Shown: piece by piece, positions 1-13,029 of the stretch | Layout of the letters: each line of letters begins with the position of its first letter | Numbering within the stretch: the stretch's first letter is position 1 | Assembly (NCBI GenBank): GCA_965645245.1 | Contig: OZ287078.1 | Location: 682,001-746,000, forward strand | DNA length: 64,000 bases | Reading direction: 5' to 3' | Source: Massalongia carnosa | Taxonomy: Eukaryota | The notes under the pieces: model-generated | What the model was told of the DNA's origin: nothing | Database searches by the model: none | The model's input: only the letters and a program-made list of their open reading frames with translations | Position numbers and translations under genes: made by a program

Positions 1-751
1 GGCTTCCGCGCAAGCTTGGCCACGTTTGTCACCAGCGCCGTCTGGCACGGTTTCTACCCCGGCTATTATCTCTCCTTCGTCCTCGCCGCTTTCTTGCAAA
101 CAGTCGCCAAAAGTACATCCCTCTAGACCGTCTCATGATCCACTCCATACACGTGCTAACCATGAATGACCCTGAGCCCTAGATTTCCGCCGCCATGTGC
201 GCCCCTTCTTCCTCACCCCCGACGGCCAGAACCCTACACAGTACAAAGTCTACTACGACATCCTCTCCTACATCACCACGCAACTGGCGTTCTGCTTCAC
301 CACTGCGCCCTTCGTGCTGCTCGCCCTGCCCGCTTCCCTGCTCGTTTGGTCGCGTGTCTACTTCTATGCCGTGCTCGGCACCGCCGCCTCCATGGCTCTG
401 TTCGCCTCCCCCGTCAGATCCTACCTCACCCACAAACTCAAGGCGAGGAATACCGCTCGTCCCGCGGTAGTGATGCAACAGCGAGCGAACGCTGCTGCTG
501 CTGCTGCTGCTACTACGGCGATGGAGGCCAACGCGCCAAACGAACGGTATGCAATGCACGTGGATATAGACGAGCATCCACTCATGGGCCTACCGAGCGA
601 CCCAGGCCGGGACGTGGAGGAAGCGGTAAGAGAGATTCGGGAAGAGGTTGAAGCACGAAGGCGGAAAGGTGGTGGTGGTAATGCGGTGAAGGTGCCCACG
701 GGCGCGGAGCTCAAGGCTGCGGTCGAGGAGCGGCTGGGGAAATCGCTATGA
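1..751 (+). CDS. ALE1: MBOAT-family lysophospholipid acyltransferase, 3' part (5' end outside window); intron 113-182
   Basis: Frame 1 reads GFRASLATFVTSAVWHGFYPGYYLSF (MBOAT catalytic WHG motif); splices at gtacat..ctag into FRRHVRPFFL...; stop TGA 749-751; (GCT)n poly-Ala near 491-511. Confidence 0.9.
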
Positions 752-1341
752 GGGAGGCGGCGGGATGTCGATGTCGGTGGTCAATTTCCACAAAAGCACG
801 CGCGGGATGAATGAATCGATGGATAGATAGCATGAGCGAGCGATGAAATCTGTCTGCCTTTCTGCCTGCCTGCCCGCCTATCTATCTATCTACTTATTGA
901 TCAGGGGGGGGGGGGTGGGGGGGGTGGAACAAAAAGAACTCCCTTGGCCCGCTTTGTACTCCAGAAGCCAGCCAGCCATCCAGACAGATGAAGAAGAGCC
1001 TAACCAACCAACCAACTAACCAGGCCTGCCTGCCTGCCTGCAGCGGGATAAGGTTCCGCACATGTACCTAGATAGAATAGTATAGCATAGCATAGAACAG
1101 AACTTGTTTTCGCATCAATCTGGAGCAATGTGAGGACAATAGTTACTTGCTGTATCAAGTGGAACCCGGAGGAACGTCGTTATTTATGCATGTATGTATG
1201 TACATTATCCACTCACCCACCCACCCAATCCTAACCAACCAACTAGATGCATATTCCTATAGATTTATATCTTTAAAGCTTCTCTACCTCCCCTGCCTTA
1301 CCAACCTGTACCACGGTTGTGTATGTATCTATATATGTATG

Positions 1342-1381
1342 TACACACACACACACACACATACACCCACACACACGCACA
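1342..1381. repeat. (CA)n microsatellite, imperfect
   Basis: tacacacacacacacacacatacacccacacacacgcaca. Confidence 0.85.
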
Positions 1382-1971
1382 CTTCAGACATGAGTAATCA
1401 ATCTACAATCTACGGGGGCAGAGGGCGGGGGATTAAAGAGTGTAGATAGATATGGGATACAAGAAGAAGAAACGCCGAGTCTAGGGCTCCTCCTCTTTCC
1501 CCTTTCCCCCCCCCGGAAAAAAAGGGATATACAGTTGCATATGCGATTTGCAGCAAAAAAGTGCATCCTCATGTGATATATAAGATAGATTGACAGCTCG
1601 ATAGATGGGGGACGGATAGGTAGAAACGGGTAGGTTTGTTTCATTTGATTATAATAAAATATGATTTGTAGGATATCGAAATCGTAGCACGAGAGGGAAA
1701 AACTTCTCCGTCCTCGCTTTGGGGGAAGAAAATCAGAAAAAATAGGGTTGGTAGCTAACGTAACTTGAGTCATCCATAGATCGGATCAGCCATGAACAAA
1801 TCGCACTCGATAGATCTCGTCATCGTCAGAACAAGAAAAATAGAAAATATGAAAACACTCGTGACTGAGTAGGTAGGTTAGTAGGTCTAGTAAGCAACCG
1901 TTCAGTAAACAAAATCACCGCTATATAAAAACCACCACCGGATACGTCCAAGCCATAACTTGCTAGATGGT

Positions 1972-4231
1972 TCAATTCTTCATGCGCACGGCCAAGACCG
2001 CGAGAACGATCTACATCGTTACTATTAGCCGGTTATACCTTGATGGAAAAGAAATAGCGATGGAAAAAAAAAACAACTTACGATCGCAACAATCACCAGC
2101 ACGCCAAGAATGGACATGAGCCGATTCAGCGTGCGCCACCATCTCGCGTTCTCATAGCGCGCTTCATCCACCTGACCAAGCGCCTTCTCGAGGTCGCGCG
2201 CAAGATCTAAGCGGCTAAGGCGGCGCTCCGGGGATTTGGAGGCGGGGTTGGAAATGGGTTTGGGGGGAAGGGGAAGGAACGAGGCGATGAACCAGGCTAG
2301 AAAGAACCACGTCTATCATCAGCTCTACGGTCTCTTGGCCAACGCTAAACGCTACAAGAAAAACACCCATAGAGTACATACCGAAAGGAAAGATAAACCC
2401 AAAGGCGAAGAGGAGAATTTGTACATTCCGCCGGTTGAGCGCCGGGCCTTCGGCTTGCTCATCGACGCTCGGGGCTTGGTACATGCTCCGCCGCTTGCCC
2501 ATGCATCGTCGGTCGTGCCAGAGGTGTGGGGACCATACTTGCGAACCTTTCCTCCGGGGCGAGCCGTGGATTTCGGCAATTATGGTTCCGTCTCCACCGA
2601 CTGGGGTGATGGCAAGGGAATCGCGTTCGTCATGGTGGGTGTCACATGGACCGGGGTTTTTCCGAGGATGAGAGGCTCCGATGAAGTGGTGTTCGGTGGC
2701 GACCGAGGCACTGGTGGCTGGGCGGCTGATTTCGAAGGAGGAGCCGTGTCGAGCGTAGTACGTTCTAGAGTACCATGAGCGAATGCTTTTCTGTCATGGG
2801 GTTATGACCCTCTACGTACCTTGCCCATGCGGGTATGCTATCCCGAAGAAAACTTCCCCTTGAACTCGGTCGGGCCTGCAGGGTATTTCTTCGATTTTCC
2901 CGAACCGAGCTCCGGGAGATTACGCTGTACAAGCCTGAGCCCCTGGAACCTGGGATGGGGGGGAGAGCGGTCAGATTGTCATCCTTTTCCTTCACCACGC
3001 GGATGGTGGAGCCGGTCAAATCCCTCGAACGACGCCCGTGAGCTAGGCGCAGTGGGGCTGGCACGTCCGGATCCGACATAGAGTGGTGAGGAAACAACGA
3101 GCGTCCGCTCCCGCCCGCAGAGTCGGGAAGCCACATGGTGCCGCTGTGTCTATCGTCCGTATCCTCCGAGTGCACGGTGGAAAGATGTGGATTCCAGCGG
3201 TCTGTGTGATCGTGGTGGGTCGCACGCGGTGGTCGGGTGGGCGCGGAGGGGATTGATTCTGCCCACGATCCCGATGCCGTCGGGGCGCGAAGAACCGGAT
3301 ACTGAACGTTCACCCCACTTTCCACAGCGGCTTGCAGGCGCGCAGTGGACTGGACCGAAGGAGCACGGAGCGGATTCGAAGCCAAAAATGCGGACAGGGC
3401 GGGAGATATCGGAGATCGCGAGGAGGTCGGGGAGCTGTCTTCGTCGGAAATGCTCGCGACGGCTTTGGGAGGCGTGGAGGCTGATCCGGCCGATCTGGAG
3501 GAAGCCGGTCGGTTGGCGATAGGAAAAGCGGAGTACGACCCACGAGAAGGTTGGCCTCGGGGTCTTGTCCGTATGACGGTCCCCGTCGATCCGCTCGACG
3601 AGAGCGAGGTTTCCGAAGACTTGGTTGGCATGGGTTGTTGCATGGGGACACGACTGAAATCGTGGGTCAAACGGTGCGAACCCAACGCTTCGCCTCTTCC
3701 AGGCACGCTGGGAAGCTGGACGATTTCGTCCGAGACATGTTCATGGCCATCTATGCCCTTGCCCATGGCCGCCAGAGAAGCTATCGCTACCTCCAGGTCT
3801 GGCGCATTCGAGTATGTTAAGTGATCGGCAGCCGTCAAGGTGGGTGATGAGGATAGAAACGAATGGGCCGGTTCGACCGAGGGAAATCGAGTCTCTGATT
3901 CATAGTCATCCTCTACCGCGGCAAAGTCCTCGCCCTTGATTGTCCTTGTATCTGGTGATGGAAGAAATTCATGCCCCGGCCCATTCATCGGGCCGCCCTC
4001 ATCTGAAACGGCCTCCTCATCCTCAAACACCAGCCCCTGACTTCTCCCGATGTTCTTAGGCGGTAGAATGTGCGACGGTAGCGTGGGAAAGGGACTGCTG
4101 CTATAGATATTGGCTTGAGGCTCTCCGACCAGGCGGATGCTTGGTGATGTGATTTCATTAGTGTGGGATTCGGATCGTTCGTGAAGCGGCTTCCGTGGTG
4201 GCGAAGGTCTCGAGAAACGTGGAGATGTCAT
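1972..4231 (-). CDS. Conserved fungal Ser/Pro-rich protein with C-terminal transmembrane segments (multi-exon)
   Basis: 488-aa ORF 2765-4231 continues through introns into ILLFAFGFIFPF|AWFIASFLPLPP...RYENARWWRTLNRLMSILGVLVIVAI|IVLAVLAVRMKN*; stop at 1972-1974. Confidence 0.75.
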
Positions 4232-5061
4232 TATCGATGCTCATAAATTTGCATCACGTCGCAAAACACAAGGAAAGGTAAATTTGATGTGTGTATACAG
4301 TGCTGTGTGGGGGGAGAAGAAATGATTTAGGGCTTCTGTACAGTTTGTGCCCTCTCTCGCTCGATTAACGTCTCTCGGGTCTCTCTCTCTGGTGTCTCTC
4401 TCTCTCTCGCTCACTTGGATTAAACAACAGGGTTCTAAATATTAAAATGAGTAAGCATTCAAAAGGAATGAACGAGTGACTGGGAAACGAAATGAACGCA
4501 ACGCAAATTAATGAGCGTCTAGAGGTGAGTAAGAAAATACATGCGATGGATGAGAATACAAAATACATGAATAGGGAAAGAAAAAAAGGATATGGTGAAT
4601 GGCCAGCCACTCCATAAGGGATGAGGAGGTGAGGGGTGGGGGGGGTAAGGGGTTGAATCACACCGTCAGTTGAGCTGGGCGTGGGCAAGGAAGGAAGAGA
4701 AGCTGAGCGAGTGAGGTAAGCGAGTGAGCGGCGTGCGGGCGTGCAGGCGTGCGGGAAGCTCCGTGATCCGTGGCTTGTAACTGGTAAAGTCGTCGAGGGC
4801 GTTCCCTGCATTCGCGTGATCTTCGGCCCGGCAGGTACCGAGTACCTAGTTACTCCTAGAGTAAAAAGAGTAGGCGAAGAGTTGAATCCAGAGCAAAAGG
4901 AAGGAGAAGAAAAAGGGAGGAAGGGAGAAGAGTCATATTGCATATAGGTATATATCTACAGAACATGGAACATGGAACGCTCAACACTCAATCCTCAATA
5001 CTGAATACTAAACACTGTCCTCGGTAATTATAACTCGACGCAAAGAAACACGGAAAGTCAA

Positions 5062-5075
5062 ACTCACTCACTCAC

Positions 5076-5124
<49 letters not shown>
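5062..5124. repeat. Compound (ACTC)n-(AATC)n microsatellite
   Basis: actcactcactcactc followed by about 11 aatc units. Confidence 0.9.
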
Positions 5125-5397
5125 TCAGTCTATCGTTCTATCGATTAGATTAGTGATTCGAGTCCATCCCCCAATCCGTATCATCCTATGCAATCCCAAC
5201 CTCCGTGTCATAGTAATTTCCGTCTCAATCTTATCGATACGCGATTGCAGGCATTATGGGACGATTATCGACGCGCCGATCGTTCGTCTCCTTCTTTTCC
5301 GGCTTCTTTGAGGCCCAACGACTGGCTTCTATTTTCGAATTTCCCCTCGAAACCCGCGAAATTCACCCGATGACCCCTGCAATTCCCCCAAATGGAT

Positions 5398-5442
5398 GAC
5401 ACGCGAGACACGTCAGACACGTCAAACACGTCAGACACGTCT
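5398..5442. repeat. 9-bp tandem repeat GACACGTCA x5 (imperfect)
   Basis: gacacgcga gacacgtca gacacgtca aacacgtca gacacgtct. Confidence 0.85.
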
Positions 5443-5725
5443 CGGAAATTCTTAGGTACTAATAATGGTCCTCGATGTGGTTTAGCGTTCTTCGTCACGC
5501 GTAATACGGCATTCCCTCGGTATGGCTACTCTGTATTGTACTGACTGTACATGAACGACAACGATCAACGTCCGGTTTGCCAATCATCGACAGAACATGA
5601 TCAAAACCACGATGAAACCCAAACGGCTCGGTTGACGACTCAGTGGACGACTCAGTGGACGACTCGATTGACGACATCGTCTATGACTATTTATGCTTAT
5701 GATCACGGAATAACGCACTGCGCTC

Positions 5726-7214
5726 ATGGCTCCAGTCAATCGACTCTATCAACGGCTCTCGAGTTACATGGGCAACAATGCAGGTACGTGTTGTTCGTGT
5801 TGTTCGTTTAGCCCCCCGTGCTCTGAGAGCCACCAATTACCCGATGACGTTGGCAGCCACTGCAATCTCCCGATCCACACAAGCCTCAAACGAGGGTACA
5901 GAGTTACCGACGTCGTTGTACGCGGAGTGCACCACGGGAGTACATAATGTCCCGTTCAAGAACTCGTGGACACCCCTTCCCTGGAGCCGGGAACCCTAAC
6001 CCTAACATCTTACAATCCTAACCGGCGGCTGATCCAACTTCAATGCTTCCAGACAAAGAGAACTTCCCTGTACTCTCCGCCACGACTGCCGCTGTTCTCT
6101 CAGTACGTGACCCTCGTCCGCGATGATCACGTGAATCATATGACGGTCCTGCGTGCACGACTCGTGCCATGCTCCATCCAGACGTGTGGATTCTGCACGA
6201 TCTTTGTGCGCTGATGCTCATATCTCGTTTTAGATCTCCTTTACCCTCCTCTATGTCCTCCCATTGTACCTGTCGCCCACCACTCGCCCGTCTCCCGCCC
6301 TCTCCCGCGATGCCCCCTCGGTGGTTCGCTCCCGTATCCGCTTCGTGACGATGTCCGTCACCCTCTCCTCGTCCGCGACCGTCTACATCCTCTTCACTTA
6401 CGCTCACGCTCCTGTACTTGAGATTCTCCGTCTCCTGGGCTGGTATCCGGTCTCCCTGCTGGACGTGGTAAAGGTGCTTCTCCTCACCGCGCTCCTCTTC
6501 TCCGGCCCGCTGTTCGAAAAAGGCATCGTGGAATCCCAATGGAAGGAGTGGATTCGGGGCCGTAGCGTCCATGAGAGCCTTAGTAGTTGGATCGGCTGGC
6601 GTAACTATGTGGCCGTCGGTGTCTCCCTCCCGCTTGCATCTTTGACCCTTGGAGGATTTTCGCCAATCTCATTGTCTGAACAGGGCCCCATAACCGAAGA
6701 AGTCGTCTTCCGCTCCCTCCTTACCCTCCTGCACCTCCTCAGCCTCCTCTCCCCCACCCGCATCATCTTCTTCACCCCGTTGTATTTCGGGATCGCCCAC
6801 ATCCATCATTTCTACGAGTACACCCTCACCCACCCGCACACGCCCCTGCTGCCCGCCCTGCTACGCTCGCTGCTGCAATTCGCCTACACGACGCTGTTCG
6901 GGTGGTACGCCACGTTTGTGTTCTTGCGCACGGGCAGCTTGCCAGCGGTGGTGTTGGCGCACACGTTTTGCAACTGGTGCGGGCTACCACGACTGTGGGG
7001 AAGGGTTGGGCGCGGGGGGCACCAAGCGCCAATGGAGGATAAGAAACGCAAGGAGGATGGGAATGGGAACGGATCGGGAGGGGCTGCAAGGCGGGGATCA
7101 TGGGTGGGATGGTCGGTGGCCTATTACGCAATTCTTGTCGCCGGCGCGGTGGCATTTCGCCAGGGCTTGTGGCCGCTGACGGAGTCGGGACGGGCCCTGG
7201 CGAAAGTGGGGTGA
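5726..7214 (+). CDS. RCE1: CAAX prenyl protease 2 (Rce1/Abi family); introns 5784-6052, 6103-6233, 6615-6683
   Basis: Spliced: MAPVNRLYQRLSSYMGNNA|DKENFPVLSATTAAVLS|ISFTLLYVLPLYLSPTTRPSP...WRNYVA|GPITEEVVFR...YFGIAHIHH...AHTFCNWCGLP (EExxFR, FxxxH and HxxxN motifs). Confidence 0.92.
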
Positions 7215-7777
7215 TGGGCTGGATGAGAGGAACATGAGAATGGGTGTAGCAACCACGATGCAAGCGGAGAATGTACATCGGATGGGAAACATGGCAACGA
7301 GGGCTGGTTTGGTGGTTGGTTTGCTTTTTGCATTTTCTGCTTTTGGGAAGGGACAGTATGATACCCATTGTGGCGCTTTCCGGCGCACCCGACGGCGAGG
7401 AGATGCGGACGGCAGAGTGGAAATACATATTTAGCCATTCGCATTCTTTCGCCCCGCTCGCTCGGACGGGACGGCGAGAGCTCGCTTGCGTCCGGAAAAG
7501 GTGTCTTGATGACTATGGGAAATTCCCATGTTCTTCGTTCTTCCCTGGCGTCGCTCGAGAAGTGCTTGCTTGATTTCCTCCCTTGTCCGTCCTGGCTTCA
7601 CGTGCATTCACCGTTTCACTCGAGGGGAGGGAAATGTGCCACCATGACTATCCGTCATCGTCGTCATCATCATCATCACCACCCGACTCCATCTCTCTCA
7701 TGCCCTGTTCTTCCCCCCCTCCACCCCCCCGGGCTACAAACCACCTAAAGGAGAAATAACCACCAGCGACATGAACA

Positions 7778-9111
7778 TCACGGCGGCACAAACAGGCCCG
7801 GCTTCATGTTGACCCGACACAAGCGCGCCACGCAGCCGCCTAGCTGCACGAGCGTCTGCACCCCCTCCAACACGCGCATGTGGCAGAAGCCAATCTCGCG
7901 GATGAACTCCAGGCGCGCCTGCTCGCTCAGGCCGTCCATGGACTTGGTGACGCGGAACATGGTGCTGACGATGTCGTGGCAGCTGTAGCCCAAGCGCCAC
8001 AGGTCGTCGAGCCCCTCGACGGCCGCCTCGACGCGGCCCTCCCAGCACGCCTTCAGCACCGCCTGCACCTTGACCGGGTGCGGGCTGTCCACGACGCGAA
8101 ACACGTTCTCGCCGCTGACGAGCCCGAACCCGGCCGCCGTCGACTGCAGGTTGTTGATCGCCTGCCGCATGTCGCCCTCGGCGCTGAACACCAGCGCCGC
8201 GAGCCCGTCGTCGCTGTGCGTGACCCCCTCCGCCGCGCTGATCTGCAGGAGCCGCGCCACCACCTGCGCGTCCGTCAGCCGCGCGTACCGCAGGATCGCG
8301 CACCGGGACTGCAGCGGCTCGATAATCTTGTTGGACGCGTTGCAGGCGAAGGCGAAGCGCGTGGTGGCGCTGTAGATTTCCATCGTGCGCCGGAGGGCTT
8401 GTTGCGCTCCGGATGTCATGCTGGGAGGAGGATTAGTTTTGGGGTTTTAGGCGGGGGGTTCACTAGGGAAGGGGAAGGATGGTGGTTTACCTGTCGGCTT
8501 CGTCGAGGATGACCAGTTTCTGCCGCCCGGGCGGGAGGGTGACTTTTTTCTGCGCGAACCCCTTGATGCGGTTGCGGACTACGTCGATGCCTGTTACGCG
8601 TCGATGGAGAGTTAGGTTGGTTTTGGTTGGTTATTGATATATTGATATTGAATTTGAGCGCCTCGTGGATGGGGTAGCAGGGGGGAACATATTATATATA
8701 CACATATATGCGTACCTCGCTCGTCACTCGCGTTGAGCTCCAACACGGCCTCCTTGTACGCATCGCCCAGCAGCTGCCGCGCTAGACACAGAATCGACGT
8801 CGTCTTCCCGATGCCTGGCATGCCGGAGATGATCACATGCGGCATGTTCCCATCGCGGGCGATGATCTTGAGCCGCTCAATGGTTTCCGTGTTGCCGACT
8901 ATGTCGTCCAGATAGACCGGCCGGTATTTCTCCACCCTTTATTGTGGCATGTGTCTCGTCAGGGGTTCTGTGGGGGGAGGGAGGGGGGGGGGGGAAGGGG
9001 GGAAGAAGGGACGAGACGAGACACACACCATGGTAGATCGTACGTAGCTGCGTTCGGGATGGCTTTGATCCCATTGCGAACTCCGGCGGCGGAGGATTCG
9101 GCTTTTGACAT
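7778..9111 (-). CDS. RFC4: Replication factor C small subunit (yeast Rfc4 / human RFC2), 4 exons
   Basis: [19 protein letters not shown] (Walker A)..[48 protein letters not shown] (SRC motif). Confidence 0.95.
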
Positions 9112-10032
9112 TTGAAGAGGGAGGCAGAGAGCACGTGATGCGGAGTTGAGATTGGGGGGGTGGGGGTGGGGGTGGGGATAGGTATGAGGGAGTTTGATAT
9201 CTTTCAGTCAGTCTTTCAGTCAATCAATCAATCACTTCAATTCGAGAAAAGACCGGTTTCAAGATGCATTGAACGCGACAGGGGTAGTAGCTCACTAGAC
9301 CTAAAGGGGGAAGTGAATGCTTAGCGAGAGTCCGAGTTCGGCATTTGGCATTTGCCGGCTTCGGACTAAAAATATCATGTTTTCACCTGCATTCGTCGGG
9401 ACTCGTCTCTTCCTCTCTCACCTCCACCCACCTCTCCTTCGCTCCCTGCTTTCTTAGCTTCTTCATCCCTTCCAATCGATTTGCTGCGCGTCTGCCTAGC
9501 CATCTTCCCTAACCCATGCCAGATTCCTTCGTTTGTGGACCTGATTGTTGCTTGTTTCAATGAAGAACCCCGTCGTGACTGGCTTTGCTCATGGCCCCTT
9601 TCCTTCAACGGGGTCGCCAAGGTCGCCAAGTTCGCCCAGGCTCGCTGATTTTCCAGCATCGCTCAGTGCTGATACACCGGGAGGAGTTACAGAGTAGGTA
9701 TTTCGAGGACAGAGTACCTTGCATAAGTTGCATGTCAAGACTCTCTCCCGCAGGAGCGTACTTGTTGTACCAAGCTCTCTGGTAAAGGGTGAAAAGTCTG
9801 GCGGCAATGGGTGCCTATGCTCTGTTAATTACTATTGGCGATTCGTAGCCACAGGTTCATCGTCATCATCACATTGCTTTCATCGCCTTTCTTAATACTT
9901 CTCCCCCCAACCCTCCCCTCATATCGTTCATATAATGCCGCGAACACACGGCCTTCCTTTTCATCTATATATCGCCGATCGTTCATGCTATTTGCAATAT
10001 CTTTCGTTCTTCTTTAGCGTTTTCGGTCCGAA

Positions 10033-11578
10033 ATGAAAATAGAGGTGTACGCTGCATTTGCAGCTGTGTGCTTGGCCAAGGTCTCGGACGCTGTCGAACT
10101 GGTTACGAGAACCGGGCGCCCTGCGGTGTTTAAACTTCCGATACAGAGGGATTCTACCCCGAGTACTGGCTTACTGCCACGGGTCATATCAAAGAAATTG
10201 AGCCAAACAATTGATAACAATGTGAGGCGGATAGCTTCCCTCGTTTGAGCAGGCAATTGACCGGTTATAGGTGCTTCGTTATTATGCCAATGTAACCATT
10301 GGTACCCCTCCGCAGAAGCTTAGGCTCGGGGTCGACACCGGTAGCAGCGATCTCTGGGTAAATGTACCCACATCGGATTATTGCCAGGAATACGACTGCT
10401 CCGGGTCAGGCACCTTCGACCCGACACTCTCCACCACCAATAAGCTCGTCAACCATAATTTTCACATTCGCTATATTGATGCAACAGGGGCGTCCGGGGA
10501 CTTTGTCGCGGATACCTTTAACATCGCTGGCCAGAACCTAAGTAACCTCCAATTTGGTCTTGGGTTTTATTCCACCTCGCTGAAAGGGCTCATTGGTCTC
10601 GGTTATGCGCTCAATGAAGGCTCGGTGGGTAATGATGGGAATCCGTACCCGAATCTGCCACAACGCCTTTTGGACGGAGGTCTGATCAACACCAACGCGT
10701 ACAGCTTGTGGCTTAATGACCGCGAAGCCAGTTCCGGAACTCTTTTGTTTGGTGGTGTCGATACCGAAAAATATCACGGAACCCTCACCACTCTTCCGGT
10801 GCAAAAGGAAAATGGAGGCTATGAAGAATTTCTCATCACCCTGAGCGATCTTCGACTTTCGACCACTACCGGAAGCAATGGCTTCCCGTCAGGCCCGGCA
10901 ACGTCCCCGATGCCGGTGTTGCTCGACTCTGGGTCCACGTCCATCAGTCTGCCCAAGAATCTTGTGGATGAGATCTACGATAAGCTCCACGTCGTCCGCT
11001 ACATATCCGACACGCGAGAGGCCTTTGTCAATTGCAGTTTCGGTCGAGACCCTTCAACCCTGGATTTTACCTTCGCTACCGCCAAGATTTCCGTTCCGAT
11101 GGATGAACTGGTAAGAGACCCAACCCTCGACGCGAACGGGGACCAAGTGCTGTGGCTCAACTCCCCCATCTGCCGCCTGGGCATCAGCCCCACGCGGCAA
11201 GCCGGAGCACCGTCGGTTCTGGGCGACACGTTCCTCCGCAGCGCGTACGTCGTGTATGATCTCAGCAACAACCAAATTTCCATCGCGCAGGCGAAGTTCA
11301 ACGCCACGACCAGTAATATCGTCGAGCTTGGTGCGTCAGGTGGCACCAGCACCGTTCCCCAAGCGTTGCAAGCTGCAAACCTTACCCAACCGCAGTCTTC
11401 CAACGCCCCATCGTCCATATCTACCACGGGCGGCTCCTCCGCTCCTCCTGCTTCGCCACCACCCTTGGCCACTGGCGCCGCAGCGGGCGACGCGAACGAT
11501 GTTTCGGCGGCGATGCAGCTGTCTAGGAACTTTCTATCAATGCTTGGGTGGGTTCTAGCGGTGATTGCGCTTTCATGA
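10033..11578 (+). CDS. Secreted, probably GPI-anchored aspartic protease (yapsin/OpsB-like, peptidase A1); intron 10222-10270
   Basis: Signal-peptide-like N-terminus; catalytic VDTGSSDLWV and LLDSGST; VLGDTFLRSAYVVYD; Ser/Thr-rich tail and hydrophobic C-terminus. Confidence 0.92.
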
Positions 11579-12280
11579 GGGGGAAACCAATATACCTTGA
11601 TTGCATTAGCGTTGGGGCTTGTTCTAGAATGGGAAGTATAACGATTGATGATGAGAGGTCACGTATTTCTTCGATTTAAATGATTTTCGCTTCAGCGATG
11701 CCGTTGCTGGAGGGAGCGCTTGCTCGACGTGAATCCTCGTCCATTACTCCAACCTCCCCACAATCAGGTAGCCCGCCTATTTGTTTATTCATTTATCCAT
11801 CAAGCCCGCACCCCTCCCTTCGGCCTCGGCCTCGACCTTATCCATAACCCTATACTATACCTCTCCAGGTACCTTCCTACCTTCCTATCCTAACCCCATT
11901 AGCCTAGGCAGCGAACTATTTACCTACCTACCTACCTACTTACCTATTCGGTTAAATCCCCTTCTCCTAGCTTCAAAATCCGTCCGTCCCCGTTTTCCCA
12001 TTTTCCATTGCCCACTTTCCCCCAGTCTCATTTTTTCTCGAAGTTTTCCACGTCTCTATTTCTCGATCGAATATCTTTTTCATTCGGGTTTTTCAAGATC
12101 CGTCCCTTTCTTGTATACATTCGGGGTTTTCAGGCTCAATTTTGATCTCAATCTCTTCTTTTTCCGCGTATTCGAGTTTGATTTCTCGACTTTAGGTATT
12201 TGTTTTTTCGATTACTTGAAATGATTTTTGGTTGATTTGGGGCGGTTGGTTTAATTTATTGATTGGTTGGTTGATTGCTT

Positions 12281-12306
12281 GGGTATGGGTATGGGTATGG
12301 GTATGG
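12281..12306. repeat. (GGGTAT)n repeat inside a long low-complexity intergenic tract (about 11760-12900)
   Basis: gggtatgggtatgggtatgggtatgg; surrounding degenerate G/T-rich repeats. Confidence 0.8.
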
Positions 12307-13029
12307 AAGGGGTTGGGTAGATGGGTATAGGTATGGATATGGATGGGTGGGTTGAGTAGATGGGTAGGTAGTTGGGTATGAGTATGATAGATGAGTATAT
12401 AGGAGTTTCTAGGTATGAGTACGAGTAAGTATGCCAAAAAGGGGGTTGGGGGGTGTATGTAAATATGAATAAGGACATGAGTATGAGCAACGGGATGAAT
12501 AAAGGTATATATATAAGAAGATGTAAGAATACTGGTAAGAGCAGTATGATATACTCTCTTTTTTCCAGAATAGGAAATATGGGGTAGTATATACATACAT
12601 ACATACACAAACAGATAGTGTGATTAAAAAAAAAAACACGTAGGAAAATACGGAGGGGAAAGACGTATTCATTTCGAGAAACTCAGGAGGGGGGTTTCGG
12701 GGTCCGGAACGATGAATATAAATCCTTCAGGTTTCAGTTTTCGGTTTTTAGGGGGGGGGGGAAGGGGAATAAGGCTAGGAGAAGAGAGTTAGGATTGCAG
12801 CTTGGTGGTTGGTGGCGGAAGGGAAGCAGAGAAAACAGGTAGGTAAAGGGGTACTTGGATTAATGGAGATGGTCTAGAAAGGGGGTTGTGGATCTGGATC
12901 TCTCTGCTCGATGGAAGAGAGAGAGAGAGTATATACGACATATTGGAAAAATGCGCTGGCCATGAGGCTTTTTTTTGTTTTTTGGAGACAGCGGATACAG
13001 GGCACTTTTTTTTAAAAACATGCCTTGTT

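Noticed and set aside
5992..6006. AACCCTAACCCTAAC as a telomerase RNA template or interstitial telomere
   Set aside because: Only 2.5 units; it sits at the branch-point end of a 269-nt intron where CTAAC is expected; known Pezizomycotina telomerase RNAs are far longer and no template-pseudoknot was recognisable.
6018..8512. Long antisense and alternate-frame ORFs over RCE1 and RFC4
   Set aside because: Shadow ORFs expected from very high GC3; the real frames are identified by conserved motifs.
11781..12672. Several 87-147 aa ORFs in the track
   Set aside because: Translations of low-complexity skewed DNA (HT/IP repeats), overlapping in multiple frames with no recognisable motif.
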